The notes beneath the pieces are model-generated. The model was not told the DNA's origin and did no database searches. It saw only the letters and a program-made list of their open reading frames with translations. Source: Octopus sinensis (Eukaryota). Taken from it: a stretch of 64,000 bases of DNA. Every line of letters starts with the position of its first letter. Position 1 is the first letter of the stretch. Position numbers and translations under genes: made by a program. The stretch lies in NCBI RefSeq assembly GCF_006345805.1, contig NC_043000.1, forward strand, positions 20,522,001 to 20,586,000. The letters run 5' to 3'. Shown here in pieces: positions 51,645-64,000 of this stretch.

Positions 51645-53565
51645 TGTATATATATATGTGTATGTATGTATGTATATATATATGTGTATGTATGTATGTA
51701 ATATATTGTGTATGTATGTATGTATATAATATGTGTATGTATGTATGTATATATATATGTGTATGTATGTATGTATATATATATATGTTATGTATGTATG
51801 TATATATATGTGTGTATGTATGTATTTATGTATGTATCTATGTATTATATATATGTATGTATATATGTATGTATATATATATATATCTATATGTATATAT
51901 GTATCTATATGTATGTATATATATATATATCTATATGTATGTATATATATATATATATCTATATGTATATATGTATCTATATGTATGTATATATATGTAT
52001 CTATATGTATATATGTATCTATATGTATGTATATATATGTATCTATATGTATGTATATATATGTATCTATATGTATATATATATATATCTATATGTATAT
52101 ATGTATCTATATGTATGTATATATATGTATCTATATGTATGTATATATATGTATCTATATGTATATATATATATATGTATATATGTATCTATATATATGT
52201 ATGTATATATATCTATATGTATATATGTATGTATATATATCTATATGTATATATGTATCTATATATATATATGTATGTACATATGTATCTATATATATAT
52301 ATGTATGTACATATGTATCTATATATATATATGTATGTACATATGTATCTATATATATATATGTATGTACATATGTATCTATATATATATATGTATGTAT
52401 ATATGTATCTATATATATATATGTATGTATATATGTATCTATATATATATGTATGTATATATGTATCTATATATATGTATGTATGTATATATGTATCTAT
52501 ATATATATGTATGTATGTATATATGTATATATGTATCTATATATATATATGTATGTATATATGTATCTATCTATCTATCTATATATATATATATATGTAT
52601 GTATATATGTATCTATCTATCTATCTATATATATATATATATGTATGTATGTATATATGTATATATGTATGTATGTATATATGTATCTATATATATGTAT
52701 GTATATATGTATCTATAATATATGTATGTATATATGTATCTATCTATATATATATATATATGTATGTATATATGTATGTATATATGTATCTATCTATATA
52801 TATATATGTATATATGTATGTATATATGTATCTATCTATATATATATATGTATATATGTATGTATATATGTATCTATCTATATATATATATGTATATATG
52901 TATGTATATATGTATCTATCTATATATATATATGTATGTATATATGTATCTATCTATATATATATATATGATGTATATATGTATCTATCTATATATATAT
53001 ATGATGTATATATGTATCTATCTATATATATATATGTATGTATATATGTATGTGTATATATGTATGTGTATATATGTATGTATATATATGTATCTATATA
53101 TATGTATCTATATATATGTATCTATATATATGTATATGTATGTATATGTGTATATATGTATATGTATGTATATGTGTATATATGTATATGTATGTATATG
53201 TGTATATATGTATATGTATGTATATGTGTATATATGTATATGTATGTATATGTGTATATATGTATATGTATATATGTATATGTATATTATATGTATAATA
53301 TATGTGTATGTATATGATCTATATGTATATGTGTATATAATGTGTATGTATATATATATATGTGTATTATGTATGTGTATATATATATGTGATATATATA
53401 TGTATGTGTATATATATGTATGTGTATATATATGTATGTGTATATATGTGTATGTATATGTGTATATATATGTGTATGTATATATATATGTGTATATATG
53501 TATGTGTATATATATAGTGTATATATATGTATGTATATATGTATGTATGTATATATGTATGTATG

Positions 53566-53615
<50 letters not shown>

Positions 53616-55005
53616 ATGTATGTATATATGTATATATATATGTATGTATGTATGTATATATATATGTATGTATGTATTATATATATATGTATGTATATTA
53701 TGTATATATGTATGTATGTATAATATATTATGTATGTATATATTATGTATGTATATATGTATGTATGTATATATGTATGTATGTATATATGTATGTATGT
53801 ATATATATAATGTATGTATATATATGGTATGTTGTATAATGTATATATATATATGTATATATATGTATGTATATATTGATATATATATATGTATATATAT
53901 GTATATGTATCTATATCTATATGTATGTATGTATGTATATATATATCTATATGTATTATATGTATATTATCTATGTATATATATCTATATGTATATATAG
54001 TATATATATTATGTATATATATGTTATCTATATGTGTATATATATCTATATGTTAATATATGTATGTTGTATATATATGTATGTATTATATATGTGTGTA
54101 TATATATGTATGTATATATATATGTATGTATAATATAGTATGTATATATATATGTATGTTATATATAGTATGTATATATATATGTATGTATATATATGTA
54201 TATGTATATGTATGTATAGTATATATATATGTATGTATGTATATATATATGTATGTATATATATATGTATGTATGTATATAGTATGTATATATATAGTGT
54301 ATGTATATATATCTATATGTATATGTATGTATGTATATATATCTATATATATGTATGTATGTATATATATCTATATGTATATGTATGTATGTATATATAT
54401 GTATATGTATGTATGTATATATATCTATATGTATATGTATGTATGTATATATATCTATATGTATATGTATGTATGTATATATATCTATATGTATATGTAT
54501 GTATGTATATATATCTATATGTATATGTATGTATGTATTATAATCTATATGTATATGTATGTATGTATAATATCTATATGTATATGTATGTATTATATAT
54601 ATTCTATATGTAGATGTATGTATTTATATATCTATATGTATATGTATGTAATGTATATATATCTATATGTATATGTATGTATGTATATTATCTATATATA
54701 TGTATGTATGTATATATATCTATATGTATATGTATGAGTATGTATATATATCTATATGTATATGTATGTATGTATATATATCTATATGTATATGTATGTA
54801 TGTATATATATCTATATGTATATGTATGTATGTATATATATCTATATGTATATGTATGTATGTATATATATCTATATGTATATGTATGTATGTATATATA
54901 TCTATATCTATATGTATGTATGTATATATATCTATATGTATATGTATGTATGTATATATATCTATATGTATATGTATGTATGTATATATATATATATATA
55001 TATAT
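48590..55005. repeat. ~6.4 kb compound TA/TATG/TATC simple-sequence array
   Basis: Directly visible; ends in a regular 30-bp unit at ~54720-54990. Confidence 0.97.
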
Positions 55006-55656
55006 GTGAATATACTCTGTAATTCTTTTTGCTCAAACATGATTTCATTGTTGTTTTTGTTTAATAAAACTACTATTCACTAATCAATGTTGTTTTCTCT
55101 TATTGATCTCCATCAATCATCCTGTATAAACATAGAACGGCAGCACCCTCGTTAGAAATGTTTTGTGATTTTTTTTTTCCTAACATTCTTTTTATACTTC
55201 TAATTTGTTTCTTGTTGTTTTTTTTTTGTGTGTGTGTGTTCTCTTGTAAACAACATTCCCAAATTCCTAAGCATCTTATTTAAATGATTTCAAAACTGAT
55301 GGAGAGATTTGAAAGTAATAACAATAATAATAACTGAATCAACAACATACTGTCCAAATTTATATTGTTGAATTCTTTGATAGTATCTTAACACTCTGAC
55401 ACCCTCATATATATTCTGTTTTGGAATGAACCATTTGTATGCAGCCATTTGGACGCTGACAAGCGAGCACGACTGATTGGACATTCAGCTTGTTTCAGTG
55501 ACAGTACTCTTTGGAGTTGGAGTAAACACATCCCACACAGCTGCGTGTACACACAATGCATGTACGTGCAATGATTATACACACACGTGTGTGCATGCAC
55601 AAGTGCAGAAATGTAAATGCAGAAAGATTGAGAGAGAGAGAGAGATTATTAAAATA

Positions 55657-56185
55657 GGCACAGGAGTGGCTGTATTGTAAATAGCTTGCTTACCAACCAC
55701 ATGATTTTGGGTTCTGTCCCACTGCGTGGCACCTTGGGCAAGTATCTTCTACTATAGCCTCAGGCTGACCAAAGCCTTGTGAGTGGATTTGGTAGACTGG
55801 CATCCATGCTAGTGGGGTGCAAAGAGCACCATACAAGTGTGATCATTGACAGAGTGGCTAACCGTCTTCCATGCCAGTGGCACTTAAAAGGCACTTTTGA
55901 GCATGATCATTACCAGCGTCACACTACTGGCACTCAAGCCCCGTGCTAGTAGGGTATTAAGAGCACCTGCCATGTGTTTGTGTATTTGTGTTTGTCCCCC
56001 TAACATCATCTGACAACCAATGCTGGTGTGTTTATGTCCCCATAACTTAATGATTCAGCAAAAAGAGACCGATAGAATTAGTACTAAGCTTACAAAGAAT
56101 AAGTCCTGGGGTCGATTTGCTAAACTAAAAAAAAAAGGCGGTGCTCTTTGGCCGCAGTCAAATGATTGAAACAAGTAAAAAAAAT
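55657..56185 (+). mobile_element. SINE family A interrupted by RTE-type internal repeats (~55796-55970)
   Basis: Family A head and tail are separated by sequence matching 62496-62640. Confidence 0.75.
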
Positions 56186-57519
56186 AAAAGGAAAACTTTG
56201 GCACAAGGCCAGCAACTTTGGAGGAGGGTATAAGTCTATAACATCGACCCTAGTCATCAACCGGTACTTATTTTATCAACCCCAAAAGGATAAAAGGCAA
56301 AGTCAACCTCAGTGAAATTTGAACTCAGAATGTAAAGACAAATGAAAGGTCACTAAGCATTTTTCCCAGTGTGCTAACAGTTCTGCCAGCAATTTATTAA
56401 TTGAGCATGATTGGTTTGAGCACTTACCTTCTCCTCATACATATAATGAGAAATATGCTCACATATATAAACAGAGAGAAGGACTGGGAGGAGGGAACAA
56501 ATAGGAGAAACATTAAAAACATAACAGCCATTGGACAGTGACCATGTTGGGGCCCCGCCTTGAAGGGTTTTAGTCAAATAAATTGACTCCAGTACTTGTG
56601 TTTTACGTTTGGTATTTTTGCCAGTGCCCTTTAACTGGCTCCCATACCAGTGGCACGTAAAAAGCACCATACGAATGTAGTTGATGCCAGCACCCCCTGA
56701 CTGGCTCCTGTGCCAGTGGGATGTAAAAAGCTAACGTTTCTGCCAGCTTGCTGCCCAAGATATATATATGTATGTATGTATGCATGCATCTGTGTGTGTT
56801 TGTGTGTGTGTGTCTTCGTGTCTATGTTTGTCTCTACCCCTGCTTGACAACCAATATTGGTGTGTTTATACCCAAGAAACTTAGCAGTTCAGCAAACAAG
56901 ACCAATAGAATAAGAACAAGGTTAAAAAAAGCACTGGTATCAATTCATTCAACTAAAAATTCCTCAAGGCAATGCTCCAGCATGGCTGCAGTCTAATGTC
57001 AGAAATAAGTAATAGATAAAAAGATAAAAGATTTGTTGCAATTAGTATGACTACATTTACCTTGTTATAAATCATGTAACTGAAATAAAAATAAATATAA
57101 AAACCAGTTTCATCTATAAAATAATAAAAAGAAATTGATACTTATCATAGTCAATATAAACAAAAGAGCCATTTCTAAGAGGTCTTCTTGCAAACTACCT
57201 TGGCATCAGATGACAGCATCTATATAAGAGGCCATAATGACTTGTCTTGAGACAGCATTCACCCGGGGTGGGTTGAGCTGGATTCATTCATCCTCAATGC
57301 TGCATCTCTCACAAACGCTGACTGGACCTGGCAATTTGAGGCTAATGACCACGTGATCTCCAACCACTCCTTATTCCAGTGGCGAAAGTCGTAGATATGG
57401 GGGCCTAGGTTGGGTTCCAGATCAGCCTTGACTGTCATCAGCCAGGTTTCTCATTGTCCACCACATCGCTTTCGCCAACCCTGGACGGGAGTTGAGGCAA
57501 TTGCTTCATAGATGAATTC

Positions 57520-59600
57520 TCCTGGTTGAGAAATGGACATGTTGGACAATATCAAGATGGCTTCTCAGATGTAGATGGAAGTTATGGCTATTGTACAAAG
57601 AATGAAGAAGGATTAAGGTTCTCAAAGTTCTGTGTTGCAAGGGATTTAATCATTTACAGCGCCAGTCCCAGAAAATTGGGTAACAACTTAATAACCTGCC
57701 ACTCAGGTGAATACATCTGATAGACTTCATATTCTTCAGGAAATTGGATTGCCAAATGGTTGTGAATGGTAGGTTTTTCTCAGTTGCTAGATGGGCTCAA
57801 AGAAACAAGAGAGATTGGAGAAGAAAAGCATGGAAGCTGATAGATGCTTCTACCACACTTAATAACAAGGCAATATGGAGGCGGTGGAGGTGGAGAATTA
57901 TGAAATAGAGAACAATTGGGAGTTTCTATAAGAGAATCTATTGTCAACTACAGAATAAACAGCTGGAGCGAGGTTTCAGTCAGGATAAGAGATAGGCATA
58001 GAAAGAGAAAGAGAAAAGGAGAGAGGGGTGAAAGAGAGAGAGAGAGAGAGCAAGAAGAGAAGCCAGATGCCAAGTTATATTGAACAAAAGAAGAAGCCAA
58101 TTTCAAGAGGTTCAATGATTTTCTACACTGTAAGAATCAGAGGTGTGAAGAGATGTTCTGAATGACAAAGCAGTGTGTCAGTTGAATCAAGACATGGTGA
58201 AGAGTGTGAATGTAATCTCCTCATTTATACTGAGAAGAAAGAGACAAGAAATGTTATGAAGAGTACTTGTTGAACCCAGAGTATGTGTGGGGAAAGAAAG
58301 GAGCATCCTAAGTAGCCCCAAAAGAGGGGTCAGCAGTTGAGGTTGACCACTATGCAGTTGAAAGAGCCATCGAGGATATGAATGTAAGGAGAGCAGCAGT
58401 GTATCAAAAATAGTTGTTTGGCAAAGTGAGGCAGACCAGTCCATGAAATAGTGCTGAGAAATGTTATCCCCAACAAATAACATAGTGACAGCCTCACCAA
58501 CAGATACAAAAACAGAGGAAATGTTTTTGAAAGGAACAAATACAAAGATATAAATAAATGTCCAAATATGAAAATGTCAGGAAGTTATAGTATTATAGCT
58601 AAGTAGACTGAGAATTAACTGAGATGCAGTTTGAGTTTCTGTCAGAACAAAGAATCACCAATGCCCATTTTTACTTTGACATCAACAGAAGTGCTTCGCT
58701 AATAGCAAACTACTTTATCTTGTAGTTGGTTCCGAGTTCAGTCCCACTGCATGGCACCTTGGGCAAGTGTCTTCTACTATAGCCACGGGCCGACCAAAGC
58801 CATGTGAGTGGATTTGGTAGACAGAAACTGAAAGAAGCGCATCATATTTATGCATATATGTGTGTATGTGGGGGGGGCATATGTTTGTGTGTTTGTCCCC
58901 CCAACATCGCTTGACAACTGATGCTGGTGTGTTTACGTCCCCGTAACTTAGCGGTTCAGCAAAAGAGACTGATAGAATAAGTGCTAGGCTTACAAAGAAT
59001 AAGTCCTGGGGTCAATTTGCTCAACTAAAGGTGGTGCTCCAGCATGGCCACAGTCACATGACTGAAACAAGTAAAAGAGTTGTATTTATTCATCTTGAGA
59101 AAGCCCTTTCACAGGATACCAAGCTTTTTGTTCTGATAGTCACAATGAAAACTGGGCATCAATAAATAGTTTGTGCAAACCACGTGCAGAAAAATTGTCA
59201 GCAAAGTGAGAGTTAGCAATAAGTTTAGTGAAGAATTTAGGTAGATGTCTATCAGCGCTCAGTGCTAAGTCCTCACTTGTTTATTCTAGTTCTGTCAATG
59301 ACAGGGGAGCTTGAGGTTGGCTATTCATGGGAATATCTGAATGCCAAGATCATAGTTGTCAAAGTCAAAAATGTTAAAAATCAAAAGAAAAGTTTTAAAC
59401 ATGGAAGCAAAATCTAGAATCTTGAGGATTAAAGATTGGCCTATCAAATATATTTTAGTTAAAAGGAATTAACTATCATCTGGCAAATGGTCATACTTGA
59501 TATGGGGAAAAGAAATAAATAGAAACTATATACTGAACACAGAATGGAAATATAGGTATACAAAATGTCTAAGAGATTCCAGGCAGGTTGACAAAGAACT
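57520..59600 (+). mobile_element. Highly degraded RTE-like LINE interrupted by a SINE
   Basis: NGHVG..GSYGYCTKNEEGLRF endonuclease remnant; downstream decayed RT-like stretches (MQFEF.., FIHLEKPFHRIP). Confidence 0.55.
58727..59078 (+). mobile_element. SINE family A, 5'-truncated
   Basis: Starts at the B box; nested in a decayed LINE. Confidence 0.8.
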
Positions 59601-59607
59601 CCAGATG

Positions 59608-60660
59608 TACGAGGTAGTATCTAAAGGTTCCTGGACAAGTTATGTTTAACCCTTTTGTTACCAACCCGGCTGAAACCGGCTCTGGCTCTGTTTTACAAAT
59701 GTCTTGTTTCCATAAGTTTATATTAAAATCTTAGTCACAATTTATGTTCCTAATACAAGCTAAATGGTAACTAAGTTATTTTACTAATTTCTTTGTTATA
59801 TTTAAAGTACTTGAAAGAAACACAGAAGATCTCAAAATAAATACAGTAACGAAAGGGTTAATAAAAAAAAAACTTATCTACCAAAGTTTTATCATCATCT
59901 CCTTTGAAATAGTTACCTTGTGCAGTAATGCACCAGTGCCAAGTTCCTGCCATTTTTGGAATCCTATTTGGAAGTTGTTTTCTGTAAGTCAGTCAAGGAC
60001 CTTCTACAGTTCACACTGGACCTCAACAACAGTGTTAAAATGACGACCTTTGAGCTGCAATTTCACATTGGGGAAGAGGTGGAAGTCTGCAGGTACTAAA
60101 TTCGGTGAATAGGATGGGTGCAGAAGTAATACCATGTTGCTTTTTGGCAAGAAACTCATGAGTGAGGAGAGTTCGGTAATAGGGTGAATTGTTGTCATGA
60201 AGAATCCAATTCTTCACACTCCACAGATTCGGTTGCTTTCACCAAATGTCCTCTCTCAAACACTTTAAAACATCACAGTAGAACTCTCAGGTGATGGTGT
60301 GGCCCTGGAAGATGTTGAAAAAAACAATGAGCACTCTCTTGAGTGAGCTACGTGCCTTTTGAAGCACTCATGCCACCTGAAACACTGCATACAACCCATT
60401 GCCATAAGTTTGCCAAAACATGCTCAATGTCTCTGTAGCAGACTGCCTAAGTTTAACACCAAATTTCATATTGACTCTGTTTCAACTTCCTATGACAAAA
60501 ATCACAGACTACAGCATACACATGATCACAAAAACACAAATTTCACAATTTGCGAGGTAAACACAATGATGTCACTCAGCACACTGCCTCATGAAGGTCA
60601 CTGCTAGCTCTCACCACACACGCAACTATGTGCTGCCACACCCACAGAAGTTGAATTTTC
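59608..60660 (-). mobile_element. Degraded mariner element interrupted by a TTAA MITE
   Basis: Frameshifted WILHDNNSP and LLHPSYSPNLVPADFHLFPNVKLQLKGRHF; terminus TACGAGG..TCTAAAGGTTCC. Confidence 0.8.
59650..59857. mobile_element. piggyBac-like MITE
   Basis: TTAA target duplication; terminal inverted repeats CCCTTTTGTTAC / GTAACGAAAGGG. Confidence 0.85.
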
Positions 60661-60700
60661 TGTTTTGACAGGGTGTTTTCATTTTTTTTTTTCAACCACA

Positions 60701-61080
60701 GGCGCAGGAGTGGCTGTGTAGTAAGTAGCTTGCTTGCCAACCACATGGTTCTGGGTTCAATCCCACTGCGTGGCACCTTGGACAAGTGTCTTCTACTATA
60801 GCCTCGGGCCGACCAAAGCCTTGTGAGTGGATTTGGTAGACGGAAACTGAAAGAAACCCGTCGTATATATGTATATATATAAGCATATGTGTATATGTTG
60901 TGTATGTGTTTGTCCCACCAACATTGCTTGACAACCGATGCTGGTGTGTGTAGGTCCCTATAACTTAGCAGTTCGGCAAAAGAGATCGATAGAATAAGCC
61001 CTGGGGTCGATTTGATTCGACTAAAGGTGGTGCTCCAGCATGGCCGCAGTTAAATGACTGAATGAAATAAGAGAATAAAA
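60701..61080 (+). mobile_element. SINE family A
   Basis: Colinear with 7812-8212. Confidence 0.85.
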
Positions 61081-61812
61081 GAACATTCTTGCAAATAATG
61101 AGGGAAGCTTTTAAAGAGTTTGGAAAATTTATGAATCCCACCCTGCTTCCAGACCAAGTTTGTCCAATTTATTTGTTTTTTGCATTACACACTTTATAAC
61201 AAAGAGGGATGTCTTTTCGGTAAAAAGAAAAAAATTTTGGTAAATTTATGAATCTTTTTCAAAAGCCTGTCCCACACTTTGACCAATTCTTTTTCCCCTA
61301 CACACTTAAAAACAATGGGAGAAGCCTTGAAGGTTAAGAAAAGAAATTTTGGGAATCGGCAATCACCATTACAATCCTCACTTCCTTTATTTTCAAACAG
61401 AAAGAGAAACATGATTTAAAAACAATAGTGAAACCTTGAATTTTTTCCTTAAGCCTGCCCCTCCATAAATCCTAAAATTCCAGCTTTTTCGAAATTTTTT
61501 GTCAGTCATAGTTTTAAAATATAGAGAGTCTGAATCTGCAATTTGTCTCTGTTTATAATTTCAAAATAATTTTCAGATTAAAAGGTGTGTGATTTAAGGG
61601 AAATTTAGCTGCTGTTTCTAGCACATCCCGCGACCACCTGGTACCTTCCTCATTTTTTTTTTGTCACTCTGGCATGTATTTGTGTTTTTCAATATTTTTC
61701 TCCCCATAAACACATTTTTGGAATGATGATGCAGTGGTCCATTGTTGGGATTTAAGCTGCAAAAGATTTGTATTTTAATTTTTTTTAACCCCGGCCTCAG
61801 ATCAAGTGGGTC

Positions 61813-61843
<31 letters not shown>

Positions 61844-62334
61844 AAGAAAAAGCATATTTACTAACAGACAAGTATGCTATTAAAATAGATTATCTTTTAC
61901 ACATGTCTTTTTAAAATCCCTCTATCACCTGAATGAAATTCCTTACACACATGCATATACACACGCTCAACATGAACAATATACTTTTGTAGAGAGAAAG
62001 AGTGTGGTAAATATATATGTAGAGAGAAGGAAAGTTTACCATCAGAAAAGCAAAATATGAAAGAGATAGATGAATAGCAAAACCTTTACTGTTGCTATCA
62101 CAGATTTTGAAATTTCATAATTAAGTAAAAATTTTCAAATTTGGTATATTGATGTACTTTTTGATGCTGAATCTGAGTTTGTCAAACATTTATTCCAGAA
62201 AAATTTTAGGAAAATGTTACAGAAATTTAAAGTTTGATCATTTTTACCTAATCAGAAAAGAGGATTTGTACATGATAGCAGCGAAAAATGAAAATAAACA
62301 TTGGAAGATGAGATTTTAAACAGAAGAGATTTTT

Positions 62335-62910
62335 GGAAATATGCTGTGCTTGAGAAGAGCCGGCAAGCCAAATAACCTCGTGGCCTATGCCAGGGGCATA
62401 ACCAGCCCACTTATGCATACCTTTTCCTTCTTTGGACACTAAACTCTGTTTGTGAAGACCTGTTGAGGCAAGTGAAATTGAAATCAAATTCAATGGCTGG
62501 CATCTGTGCTAGTGGGGTGCAAAGAGCACCATACAAGTGTGATCGTTGACAGAGTGGCTAACCGGCTTCCGTGCCAGTGGCACATAAAAGGCACCATTCA
62601 TGCATGATCGTTACCAGCATCGCCTTACTGGCACTTGTGCTAGTGTGCAGGTGACACGTAAAAAAAAAAAAACACCATTTGAGTGTGGCCGTTGCCAGTA
62701 CCACCTGACTGGCCCTCGTGCCGGTGGCACATAAAAGTACCCACTACACTCTCAGAGTGGTTGGCATTAGGAAGGGCATCCAGCTGTAGAAACTCTGCCA
62801 GATCAAGATTGGAGCCTGGTGTAGCCATCTGATTCACCAGTCCTCTGTCAAATCGTCCAACCCATGCTAGCATGGAAAGCGGACGTTAAACGATGATGAT
62901 GATGATGATG
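62335..62910 (+). mobile_element. RTE-type 3' end
   Basis: Same family; GAT tail. Confidence 0.75.
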
Positions 62911-62940
62911 AAAGCAATGCAAGAGAGATAATACATATAC

Positions 62941-62974
<34 letters not shown>

Positions 62975-63474
62975 AGAGAGTGACAAAGAGTATGGTAAAT
63001 ATATTGACATATTAATGGTGACAGATCAAGAGCAGAAGAGTTGTTAGTCTAAAAGTATAGTTATTTCTCATAGAAAATTAACTTTCTTCTTCTTTTTATT
63101 ATTTATGGACAACCTTCTCTTTGGAATGCAAATTTCAAAAATCAAAATTCTTTCTTCTCAAGGATGCACTCTTCCAGAGCTTTTTGGGGTTAAACATACA
63201 TACATAACCACATACACTCGCACTTATATAGCAGCAGATACACAGACACACTCTCACTATGTAATTCTTTCAGTTTGTGTCTACCAAATACACTCACAAG
63301 GTCTGGTCAACCCAAAGTTATAGCAGAAAACGTCCAAAGTACCACTCATTTGGACAATGTCCAAAACCAGGCAGTTGGGGAAGAAACTTAACCACATAGC
63401 CATGCCTATCTCCGGTGAAATTAATCAGATAATTTTTTTTTTTTAATTTCAGTTATTTTCAGAATTTCTTAAAT

Positions 63475-63732
63475 CATCATCATGATCGTTTAACGTTCGC
63501 TTTCCATGCTAGCATGGGTTGGACGGTTCAACTGGGGTCTGGGAAGCCCAAAGGCTGCACCAGGCCAGTCAGATCTGGCAGTGTTTCTACAGCTGGATGC
63601 CCTTCCTAACGCCAACCACTCCGAGAGTGTAGTGGGTGATTTTATGTGCCACCGACACAGGTGCCAGACGAGGCTGGCGAACGGCCACGCTCGGATGGTG
63701 TTTTTTACGTGCCACCAGCACGGAGGCCAGTC
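63475..63732 (-). mobile_element. RTE-type 3' end
   Basis: Same family, reverse orientation. Confidence 0.75.
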
Positions 63733-64000
63733 AATAAATTCTCAATATTGTTTAAATAACACTTCAGTTATATCTTTAATACCAAAGTTCACTAAAAATA
63801 GTTATGCTCTCTTACCCTTTTACTTGTTTCAGTCATTTGACTGTGGCCATGCGGGAGCACCACCTTTAGTCAAACAAATCGATCCCAGGACTTATTCTTT
63901 GTAAGCCTAGTACTTATTCTACCGGTCTTTTGCCGAACCGCTAAGTTACAGGGACGTAAACACAGACACACATGCATATATACATATCTCCCTCTCTCTC

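Noticed and set aside
48953-55083. Long Y/I/M/C/V-rich ORFs (up to 635 aa)
   Set aside because: Translations of TA/TG/TATC repeats that lack stop codons by composition; open in several frames.

Overview
This is AT-rich, repeat-dense animal genomic DNA. The SINE, RTE and microsatellite inventory looks like octopus or another cephalopod (inference, not searched). One protein-coding gene is well supported: a + strand glycine-rich domain-containing protein (GRDP/DUF1399-like). It has four phase-compatible coding exons (11435-12822, 30298-30448, 32358-32496, 36871-37463; 756 aa) and ends in a (GGC)n Cys/Gly tail. The rest is mostly mobile DNA: several tRNA-derived SINE families, RTE-like LINE fragments, a Gypsy RT relic, mariner relics (including a fold-back DD41D element), piggyBac-, hAT- and Helitron-like non-autonomous elements, and a ~6.4 kb TA/TATG/TATC array with a ~2.3 kb higher-order duplication. 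The most notable hidden signal is a set of minimal type I hammerhead ribozyme motifs: seven motifs in five sequence families, one with an intact core. They sit in small, often microsatellite-embedded and locally inverted elements of Penelope/retrozyme type. One family fuses a Pol III tRNA-like head to a hammerhead tail. Almost all ORFs in the supplied track are spurious. Repeat boundaries are read by eye and are approximate.
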